From Rhynchopus sp. YZ270_cl-10 (taxonomy: Eukaryota): a DNA stretch of 64,000 nt. The position numbers and the translations under genes are program-made. Of this stretch, positions 47,551 to 57,349 are shown in pieces (position 1 is the stretch's first letter; each line of letters begins with the position of its first letter). The notes below the pieces were generated by a model. It saw only the letters and a list, made by a program, of their open reading frames with translations. It made no database searches and was not told where the DNA came from. The stretch is from the NCBI GenBank assembly GCA_964035575.1, contig OZ037847.1:1364001-1428000 (forward strand). Reading direction: 5' to 3'.

Positions 47551-48985
47551 ATGTATCACCGTGTGATTGGACGGAGTCTAGGCCAGCAGGCACGGCGTCA
47601 GAGCAGAGGTGTGGACCTGGTCGAATGCCCACGCGACGCGATGCAGGGCCTCCCCGAGTTTGTTCCCACCAAGGACAAGATACGATACATCAACAAGCTG
47701 CTCGAGGTGGGGTACCACACAGTCGACTTTGGCAGCTTCGTGTCTGCACCTGCGGTGCCTCAGATGCGCGACACGGTAGAGGTGCTGGAGGGGCTCAACC
47801 TCGAGAACTCCAAGTCAGAGCTCCTCGCAGTGGTGTGCAACGTGCGTGGTGCACAAGACGCGGCATCGTTCAAAAACATCAAATACCTAGGCTTCCCCCT
47901 CTCCATGAGCGAAGAGTTCCAGCAGCGGAACACCCGCAGAGGCATCGAGTCTGCCTTCGAGATGCTTGAAAAGCTGCAGGACATTTGTGTGAAAAACGAC
48001 AAAGAGCTTGTCACCTACATCTCTATGGCGTTCGGCAACCCCTACGGCGAGGAGTACAGCCCAGAGCTGGTGTCTGAGTTTGTCGAAAAGGTGAAGGCGT
48101 TGGGGTGCACCACAATCTCGCTTGCTGACACTGTATGTTTATTTGTTATTTGGCGTTTGCAAAAAACGAAACATTGCCACCAAACAGGTCGGGGCAGGAA
48201 CAGCAGATCTCATCAAGCAGGTGTTCTCGGATGTGCTTCCCGCACACCCCGACATTGTGGTTGGTGCGCACCTCCACTCCAGCAGCGTGTCTGCACCCGA
48301 GAAGATCCAGGCCCTGATCGACACAGGCTGCCCTCGCATTGACAGCGCAGTGGGGGGCATGGGCGGGTGCCCGTTTGCGAAGTCTGCCCTCATTGGCAAC
48401 GTCCCCACGGAAAGCGTGCTTGAGAAGCTGGCAGCGAACAACATTACGACAGACCTGAACATGGATGCCTTCCGCGAGGCACAGACCATCAAGCACGAGC
48501 TGTTTGGGGTGGCCGTGAGCGAACTGATCCTGCAGTGCTACGTTGGTATGTCAAGACACGCTGTGTAGGTTTATCACCCACATTCCTCTGAAGGCTTCTC
48601 TCTACTTCTCTCTACTCATTTCCTTTTTCTCCTTGTTCAGGTGACGAGGCTGCTTTCCAGGCACTCTGCATGAAGCACTTCGTTGCAGCAGACACCAGCG
48701 GGAACGGGAGATTGAGCCGCGATGAGTTTGCACGCTCCGTGCGCAGAGTGGTGCGTGAGCTGGGGGAGGAGCCACCAACAGACAACAAAATCGACAAGCT
48801 CTGGGGCCAACGCCACGTATGTAGCATGCTCTTGGTTGGGCAATCTCAACAAATAGATCTCATATTACCTATTTCAACGCACCAAAATATACCAACAGGA
48901 CGTCCAGCACCACATGGAGTTCTCTGAATACTCTGACCTCGCGCGCGAAAAGATTTTGGGGAGAATGGCGCGTGACGCTCTGTGA
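47551..48985 (+). CDS. HMGCL: Hydroxymethylglutaryl-CoA lyase with C-terminal EF-hand; join(47551..48132,48188..48545,48641..48816,48899..48985)
   Basis: VECPRDAMQG, SFVSAPAVPQMRD, ISLADTVG, HLH and GMGGCPFAKSALIGNVPTE are HMG-CoA lyase motifs. Three phase-compatible GT-AG introns. DTSGNGRLSRDEF is an EF-hand loop, and the N-terminus is Arg-rich like a presequence. Confidence 0.9.
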
Positions 48986-50103
48986 TCTGAGCTGCTGAGC
49001 TCTCATCTGGTCGTGGGGTGAGGTGAGGGGGTGTGCACCTGGTCTATGCAGTATCACTCAGTTCTCTGAACACATAAGGAGTACGCTCTAGACGAGTTTT
49101 GTTTTCATTTTAGGGGGGGATAGTGGGGGTGTGTCAGGAGGAGGGATGGGTTTTTCCAGTGTATTTTTTTTTGTGTATTTTTTGTATCACCATCGCCCTT
49201 TTGGCAAATTTTGCTGTTTTCTTTCTCAAAGGCAACACCCGCCGGGGCCAAAAAAAATATTTTTTTTTTTTTGACAAAAGTAACCTCCGAGAACCCTGTA
49301 TTGTGTATTTGAGTGTGAATTGTGTGTGCGTTTTTATAAACGACGTTTGGGAGATACAGTGATTTGTTTTTTTTTTTAGTTCTCATACAAAACCGTGGCT
49401 CTTAGAATATGATCATATGAAGAGTCGTGGCGGTATCACACGTCCTTGAGATGACCAATCAAGGTTTGAGGCATCTACTCGAGGTATCTTTCAACCAGAG
49501 GCGTTTCCAGTCCCAACGTCACTCTATTTTTGTAATGAAACACATGAAGTTTATAAAGTCTTTTTGCGGTGTTGCATCTATAAAGTCTAAAGGTGTATTG
49601 CGTGATACCCCACTACTTCGGACATCATCGGGCAAAATCATGGGTGAAAAGAGAACGAGGTAAATGCCTGTAGAACAACGCACCCCAAATAGACTCTGGG
49701 GATTTTCACGGAAACCTTTTGACGAAGAAAAAAGATTTTTTTTTCTCTATGATATGTGCTTCCCCCCCTCAGTTGATGCATATTGTCATGAGTAGTATTT
49801 ATTTGCAAAAAAAAAATTATTTGGAAAACCCTCTCTAGTCTGTCTTCTTCTGCGACACCATTTTCCCTTTTTTTTTTTGTTGTTATTTCCTTCCAAAAAA
49901 TGAGGGAAATTGGGGTTGGTTTGGGTACTTTTTATACGAGGTGACTAAGCTTAGGGCCGCCTTCTACACTTTTTTTTGTACATGACAGCAAATACGAACG
50001 AATTTCACTCCCCTCTTTTTTTGCGACCCCATTAAATGGTTTACTGTTGGGAATGGTGTAGTTGTAGCACATCAATTGAAAGCTTCGCTGATTATATTTT
50101 CTA

Positions 50104-51605
50104 GGGATAAGGACAGTCTGGCCCACTACGTTTGACTTTTGGACAGTATGGGCCCAACATGTTTCGATAAAGACAGTTCAGCCCCAAACGTTTGCAAAAA
50201 AGACAGTTCAGACCCAAAACGTTTACAAAAAAGACAGTTCAGACCCAAAACGTTTGTAAAAAAGACAGTTCAGACCCAAAACGTTTACAAAAAAGACAGT
50301 TCAGACCCAAAACGTTTGTAAAAAAGACAGTTCAGACCCAAAACGTTTGTAAAAAAGACAGTTCAGACCCAAAACGTTTGTAAAAAAGACAGTTCAGACC
50401 CAGGCAGCGGTAGGGAGTGTTTGCGGGTTTCTGGTGGGAGGGGTGTTCGCGGGGGTACCCCCCGCTGAATCTGGCACTGGTGCCCAGGCACCCAGATACG
50501 CAGGTACACACGTACACGTACCCCAATTGCCAGAGTCGACGCAACAAAAAAGTCCAAAAGACTTTGTTGGTGGCCTTACTCATTTGGATCACAACAATTT
50601 TGGCCCAGGCATGCTCTTGAAGTATGACAATTTAGTGTGTATGGGGCAGGGTGTTGTTTTGTTCTGAATTCTCTTTGTTATAACATCTATCCAGCATCAA
50701 AATTGTGGAAAACTTTGCACCCCAAACACCCTCAGCAACGCCCGCCAAAAGGCGCCCCTTGTTGCTGGGAGTTGGTTCTCATGTTTGATACACTGCACAG
50801 CACGCATTCCTCTGAGTCCAACGCATGTTTGGCCTGTCTGCGGCGTTGTACTTCAGGTGCACGAAGACAGGGTCTGGTGGTAAATTTTGCGTAGTACTGC
50901 GACGTAGTACTGCGTGGGTCTGGGAAAATGGGTACCTGGGTACAGGATATTTGTTGTCAAAAACATCTTCCACCATGCATTGAGGAGGGTAAGACAGTGG
51001 TCGCAGTTTGTACTTGATAGCATTACAACATTTAACTTCTCCACGGGGGTCTTGGGCCGTTCATTCGGTTATACCTTGACTAGCGGAAGAGGCCTTTTGG
51101 TCTCTAGAATATCCGGTATTCCCGAACGGAGGCACACTTTGTGTGTTACTACGACCTGGCAACTTCCAGCAGTAGGTTAAGTAATCTTTCTTGTAAATTG
51201 TTGGATCATTATCTCCTCAGTGCATGAATGCCCCACGCGACTGGACACTTTTGTGTTTGTCTTGTGGAGCTGTGGTTGCTCTTTCACGACTTTTTTCCTT
51301 GTACACCAGTGTACCTGGTCGCCTGGTCGCCTGGGTACGTACCGGTAAATGTGACCAAATACCTGGTCAGATAGGTATCTGGTCAGATCTGACCAGGTGT
51401 ACCTGGTCAGACCTCTGACCAGCGCACGGTGATAGCCGTGCCCAAGACCCACTCAGGGGTGGCATTTTTGGGCTCAGGTGGGTGCAGCTGCCTGGGTCTG
51501 AACTGTCTTTTTTGCAAACGTTTGGGGCTGAACTGTCTTTATCGAAACATGTTGGGCCCATACTGTCCAAAAGTCAAACGTAGTGGGCCAGACTGTCCTT
51601 ATCCC
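50104..51605. mobile_element. Non-autonomous Mutator-like (MULE) DNA transposon
   Basis: Perfect TIRs of more than 110 bp starting GGGATAAGGACAGTCTGGCCC; 9-bp TSD TATTTTCTA at 50095-50103 and 51606-51614. The left arm has an amplified ~31-bp subterminal repeat. No transposase ORF. Confidence 0.9.
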
Positions 51606-52181
51606 TATTTTCTATAATGGATGTAGGACTGCATGATTAGGGGTCCACCCCGGTACATCGGTCTTGTGCCCAAAAAAAGGTATCAAAGTACACTGTTCAC
51701 AAGAGGGATTTTTGTTTTTCAAAGCCAACCTTTTTTTTTTCTCTTTATGCTATCAATGTGTTGAATGCATATGTTGACTCTTCTGCACGACGTTGAAGTA
51801 AATGACGTTGTGGTTTTTCATGTAATTTTACTGGTGAAAATAGTTTAAGAGAAAAACGTAAGCGTACAGCTTAAACACAAAAAATGACATGTAAAACCAC
51901 AAGCAAAGTAATTTACTTCAACGTCGTGTGTGGATACCCTGAGGGTGTTCCCCTTCCCCTATATTACCCCCCCCTTTTCTCCATGCCCTCTTCCATGGAC
52001 TCTCTCTCCGCCAAGCGAAATCATCCACAACCCAAATATTTCACATTTTTTTTCTTCTCTGTTTTTGCTGTGTGCAAAATCTCAGGCTCAGACTCTCTCC
52101 TCTCATTTCCCCCCCTTTTTTTTTTGAACTCTTCTTCACCCTCTCCTCCCTACAACTCACATTATACAGAACGAAAAAAAA

Positions 52182-53744
52182 ATGCTTTCCCGGACCTTAG
52201 CTGTAAGCATAGCAACGCTGTTGTACTGTAACAGCGTTGCAGGAAGGAGTCCTAACGTTCTTCTCATCCTTGCGGACGACTATGGGTGGGCGAATATTGG
52301 ATATCATAACCCTGCGAACCCTGAGGTAGTGACCCCGCACCTTGATGCTCTTGCAGAAGAAGGCATTAAACTGGACCGCCACTATACTTACAAATTCTGT
52401 GCACCAAGCCGTGCATCGTTCCAAACAGGACGCCTTCCTGTTCACGTCAACGTTCTCAACACTGACCCAACGTCATACAACAAGAAAGACAAGCTCGGAG
52501 GATATGCAGGAATTCCTCTTAACATGACCACCGTTGCCGACAAGCTTGCCTCAGCAAACTACACGAACCACTTCACCGGGAAATGGGATGTCGGAATGGC
52601 GACATTAGGACACACCCCACTGCACAGAGGATATGACAGCTTTCTCGGGTATTTCCACCACGCAAACGACTACTACTCGCAGAAGGTTCCGATTGAGGCA
52701 TCTGGAATGGATGTTTGTCTGAATGCATACCGTGACCTATGGGAGAACCATGCTCCTGCAGTGACCATGAAGGATACCACAGTCTATGAAGAGGAGTACT
52801 TCTTGAACTCAACAGTGAAATTCCTGAAGGAGATGGGCAAGAAGCCGGACACACCGTTCTTCCTGATGCACTCCTTCCATTTGGTGCACTACCCCCTTGA
52901 GGTGCCTGCTGCTTATGAAAACCAATTTGACTTCATCACTGACTCCTCCAAACAACGCAAACCGTACTCCGCCATGACCAAATACATGGACGATACGGTC
53001 CACTCCATAATCACTGAACTCAAAGACCAAAACCTTTGGGACAACACTCTGATTATCTTTATGTCCGACAATGGAGGACCCATCTACAACCCATGCGGTG
53101 CAAACAACTGGCCCCTCAAGGGAGGCAAAGAAAGCGATTGGGAAGGAGGTGTACGCACAAATGCATTCGTCTCGGGTGGGTTCATCCCTGAAGCAAAGAG
53201 GAATACGACGAACCAGAACCTCATCCATATCGCCGATTGGTATGCAACGCTCTCTGCGTTGGCTGGAGTTGATGCGCATGACCCGATTGCAGAGCGTGCA
53301 GGCCTCCCCGCCGTCGACGGAAAGAACATCTGGCAGGACCTCGTGTCTTCCCCTGCTACCCCAGCAAGAACGCAGATCCACCTCTCCGAGCTTGCCCTCA
53401 TCGATGGTCAATACAAAGTCGTCCTTGGCAACCAATATATGTCTGGATGGACCCCAAAGATCTTCCCCCGTGATGGCTACCCACAGCCGGAGTACAAAGC
53501 GGTGCCATGGGACCATTGGGCCCAGGATTGCACAGCAGGCTGTCTGTTTAACATCTTTGCCGATCCGAATGAAAGAGATGAGCTCTCCATGCAGCACCCC
53601 GACGTGCTCGCGGAAATGCTCGCCAAGCTCGCAGAGCTGAACAAAGCGAACTACAACCCGGACAGAGGCGAGATGGACATCAAGGCCTGTCTCGTTGCAG
53701 AAGAGAAGTACGGCGGCTACTACGGGCCCTTCGTTGACCTGTAG
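52182..53744 (+). CDS. Secreted/lysosomal arylsulfatase (ARSB/ARSI-like sulfatase family)
   Basis: Signal peptide; PNVLLILADDYG, CAPSRASFQTGR (CxPSR formylglycine motif), GKWDVG, SDNGG and KGGK..WEGGVR. Intronless, 520 aa. Confidence 0.95.
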   Translation: MLSRTLAVSIATLLYCNSVAGRSPNVLLILADDYGWANIGYHNPANPEVVTPHLDALAEEGIKLDRHYTYKFCAPSRASFQTGRLPVHVNVLNTDPTSYNKKDKLGGYAGIPLNMTTVADKLASANYTNHFTGKWDVGMATLGHTPLHRGYDSFLGYFHHANDYYSQKVPIEASGMDVCLNAYRDLWENHAPAVTMKDTTVYEEEYFLNSTVKFLKEMGKKPDTPFFLMHSFHLVHYPLEVPAAYENQFDFITDSSKQRKPYSAMTKYMDDTVHSIITELKDQNLWDNTLIIFMSDNGGPIYNPCGANNWPLKGGKESDWEGGVRTNAFVSGGFIPEAKRNTTNQNLIHIADWYATLSALAGVDAHDPIAERAGLPAVDGKNIWQDLVSSPATPARTQIHLSELALIDGQYKVVLGNQYMSGWTPKIFPRDGYPQPEYKAVPWDHWAQDCTAGCLFNIFADPNERDELSMQHPDVLAEMLAKLAELNKANYNPDRGEMDIKACLVAEEKYGGYYGPFVDL

Positions 53745-54728
53745 ATGTAAATGTGTAACGTTTTTATTTTTTGGTTTGATGCTTCTTAGCGTATATTCGG
53801 TTTCAATATTTTCTAAGAGACCTAGTCATCTTTCGATTTTTCAACACCTGATTTGATTCCATGGGGGAAAACCGTTTTTAGAGGTGATTTTTTTTCTGTC
53901 AAGTCACCACTCCCCGTTTTGCCAGAAACGTAGTCATTCTGAAGGATTTACAAGAGGAAAACCATAGGGGGGACCCTACGGTTTTTGGGGGCTTCTTTCG
54001 GATCTGCTCGGGGGGAGGGGTTTTTTTATGTTAGATGCATGAGATGTGAACCAAAAAAAAAGCGACTTAGACCAGAGATTTCAGCTTTTGAGTAATTGTT
54101 TGTTTGTCAATTTACCTCACTCGGGCAAAGCCTATGGAATCAAAATCAAAAAAAAAAGTAAAGAAACGATAAGAAAACGATTTGTTTTTTGAAAAAGAAG
54201 GTGCGTATTTCCCCCCCTAACTTCGTCACTTCGCATTTGTTTGGAAAGATGCTTTTTTTTTGTCCGAGAGGCACAAATTTACACCTTTCATTTTTATCCA
54301 AAATTTTGTTTTTAGTTTAGATGTGCATGAAGGCATATTCATCTTTCCATTTTTTTTTTTTTTTTCAAGCACTTTGCCTTCTTTTCGTTTAGAAAAGAAT
54401 GTGTACGAAATAAATTTCAAGGTGACTAAGTACGAGAGGCTTAGGGTCATCTTAGAAACCCCCTTTTTTTTTTTTGTTTATTCGCGCTTTCGGCCCTATT
54501 GTCGCTTCTAAGGTTGGCTGCATTCTTTGCGTTGTCCGCGTGTTGACAAAAATAAATCCGCAGCCCCTATAGCGATAAGAAGGACGGAAAGATGTGTTTC
54601 CCCCAATATTTGGTCACAACGTATACAGTGCCGATGCTCAGGGCGTATTTTTTATTTATTTTCCCTCTCCTTTTTTTTCTCTTTGGGTACTATCAATTTA
54701 TTGATTGCATATGATGAAAATACTCTTT

Positions 54729-55087
54729 GGGAAGGCTCGTTTTTCCATTTAATGTTACAAAGTAACAATAAAGGGGGGGGAGGGGGTCCGACCGAAATCC
54801 GGGGAAAAAACTTTTTTTTTTGTAACAATGGCGGGAAAAAGTGGCTTTTTCCAACAACAAGAACTTGTCCATTTCGGCAGATTGACCCCACCACAGCGTG
54901 GACGGGTTCTGGAAATGCAAATGCGGGTGTTTTCGGATGTGCACGTCCACTGCGCCTTGTTGTTACAATAAATGAAAATTCGGAAAAACGGTTTTTCCGT
55001 GTAACATAGGGGGTGGGGAGGGGGGGGTCACCGGGAAAAATGGTTTATTGTTACTTTGTAACATTAAAAGGAAAAACGAGCCTTCCC
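54729..55087. mobile_element. 359-bp MITE-like element with ~44-bp TIRs
   Basis: GGGAAGGCTCGTTTTTCCATTTAATGTTACAAAGTAACAATAAA at the left end and its reverse complement (1 mismatch) ending at 55087. The TSD is only degenerate. Confidence 0.75.
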
Positions 55088-55580
55088 ATTTCTCTATTTG
55101 TTGAAAAAAAATGTTGTTTGTCACCAGAGAAAGCTATATCAACTTTTCGCAACTTTTTTTGTACCTGCATCTCCCTGTTGTGGGTATCTGTACAGAAAAA
55201 AGTACCGTAAATGTAAATATGTTGTAACGTACTTACGTTTATGGTAATCTACTTTTCATTTCGCGTGTGCTTTGTGTATTCTGCAATAAACCTCCAACCA
55301 TCGTTTACATCATCCCGACCAACCGAACAACTATCTCTACGAGCAGAAGAGAGAGATCGCCCAAATTTTAAACCGAAAAGCGGTAAAATAAGTGGAGTGC
55401 ACGAGAAGCACATTTTCATCTGACACTTTTTTTTTTCCTTCTCTTCTTGAGGCTGGCATTTGTGTAAAGAGCCTCTCTTTTACAGATTTTTCCGCGGAAA
55501 AAAAAAGCGAATGGTTTTTCCCCCCTCCATCTCCGACCTCTCACCCAGCCTACACCGCCAATACAGTAACATCTACTAAA

Positions 55581-56567
55581 ATGCGTACCCTTTCCCTTGT
55601 TGTGTGTGCCCTCCTGGCGAGCCAGGCCCACGGATACTCCGAGCAGTACGTGCGTGCCAACTCGCAGCTTCTGTGGAACACCTTCAAGAACGACCACGGC
55701 AAGCAGTACTCGAGCATCGCGGAGGAGCAGCGCCGCTACGGGATCTTCACCGCCAACATGCTGAAGGCGTCCCGTTTCGAGAAGGAGCAGACCAAGGGAG
55801 CCCAGTTCGGCATGAACGTGTTCTCTGACATGTCCGCTGCTGAGTTCAAGTCGTACCACAACATGAAGGTGGAGAAGAAGCAGTCGCCCCCTGCCATGTT
55901 CACTGAGGAGCAGGTGGCTGCCGCTGCCGACGCGAAGGACTGGAGGTCCGCTGGTGCCGTGACCCACGTGAAGAACCAGGCACAGTGCGGATCGTGCTGG
56001 GCATTCTCCACCACCGGAGGAATTGAGGGCCAGTGGCAGCTGTCCGGAAAGACCCTGACCTCGGTGTCCGAGCAGGAGCTTGTGTCGTGCGACAAGGTCG
56101 ACCAGGGCTGCAACGGAGGTCTGATGGACAACGCCCTGAAGTGGCTGATCTCGAACCACAACGGAGACATCGTGACCGAGGACTCGTACCCCTACAAGTC
56201 GGGTACCGGAATCCGCCACACCTGCGAGTCCCTGACCGGCAAGCCCGTCGGAGCCACCATCTCGTCGTACAAGGACATCACCCACACCGAGGCACAGATG
56301 AAGACCTTCGTCTCCACCGGAGGACCCCTCTCCATCGCCGTTGACGCCCAGAAGTGGCAGTCGTACTCCGGAGGAGTGCTGACCACCTGCTGTGGAATCT
56401 TCGGATGCCAGCTTGACCACGGAGTGCTCATTGTCGGATACGGCGCTGACTACTGGATCATCAAGAACTCCTGGGGAACCACCTGGGGAGAGTCTGGATA
56501 CATCCGTGTGTCCTACGGCTCCAACGAGTGCGGACTGAACGAGTCCCCTGTGACCTCGATTGTCTGA
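55581..56567 (+). CDS. Cathepsin L-like cysteine protease (papain family C1A, I29 prodomain)
   Basis: Signal peptide, ERFNIN/GNFD-like prodomain, QAQCGSCWAFS, LDHGVLIVGYG and YWIIKNSWG. Strong C/G third-position bias suggests high expression. Confidence 0.97.
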   Translation: MRTLSLVVCALLASQAHGYSEQYVRANSQLLWNTFKNDHGKQYSSIAEEQRRYGIFTANMLKASRFEKEQTKGAQFGMNVFSDMSAAEFKSYHNMKVEKKQSPPAMFTEEQVAAAADAKDWRSAGAVTHVKNQAQCGSCWAFSTTGGIEGQWQLSGKTLTSVSEQELVSCDKVDQGCNGGLMDNALKWLISNHNGDIVTEDSYPYKSGTGIRHTCESLTGKPVGATISSYKDITHTEAQMKTFVSTGGPLSIAVDAQKWQSYSGGVLTTCCGIFGCQLDHGVLIVGYGADYWIIKNSWGTTWGESGYIRVSYGSNECGLNESPVTSIV

Positions 56568-57349
56568 GCATTCAGACAGAGGTTACGCCACTCCGCGTGA
56601 CTACTTTTTATGTGATCTATTTTTTGTGTATTTTGCCTTTTTGTTATATTTCCCTTCCACAACGTACAGGCGCACACATGCGGTGCCTTGCCTGCTTATT
56701 TCTGTTTAGATGACCAAGCATTGGGCCATCTTTGACAGCTTTTATTTTGCCTTTTGTTCGGACACTACGACGGGGAAGGAACCAGATCTCCCTTCCCCTC
56801 ACATCTCCTGACAACCTGTTCCAAACTGCTAAAACACCCACCCTTCTCACTACCTCTTTCCTCTTCCACCCCCTTCCCTCCACCCAAGGTAGTCAACACG
56901 AGAGGGTGGCCCCACCCCTAGCCCTCACAAAGCGAGGTGGTATTGTCCATACCCGTCTCACTGTCCTGTTTGCGGTATTGGTGTCAACCAGGTCAACAAC
57001 CAGAGTAAAATGGAGTCATCGTCTGCTGAACGAGGACTCTGAAAATTCTTCTAGGACCTACCAGAAGGACCCACCAGAGTAAAATGACAACTGAGGGATG
57101 GAAACCCGCTTTTTTCAAGGCACTTCGAGAGGCTTAGATTCATCTCATCAACATTTCTTCTTTTTTCCACCCCCACACTCTTACCCCACTTCCAGACACA
57201 CGAAAAGCGCAACACACCACACTGGAGCTGTCCTAGAGCGCAACGGGGGGTGGGGTGGGAGGGGAGCTGTTGTCCTTTGCTCCTTTCCTCTCCTTTCCGC
57301 CTCCCCCCCTTCTCCTTCTCCACCTCTCCCTCTCCGCTCACATCTTAAA

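Noticed and set aside
50170..50402. 31-bp repeats resembling a CRISPR array
   Set aside because: No spacers; they are subterminal repeats of the MULE terminal inverted repeat.
55416..56420. 334-aa minus-strand ORF (also similar ones at 25728-27303, 42608-43510 and 52809-53597)
   Set aside because: Antisense shadows of codon-biased + strand genes.
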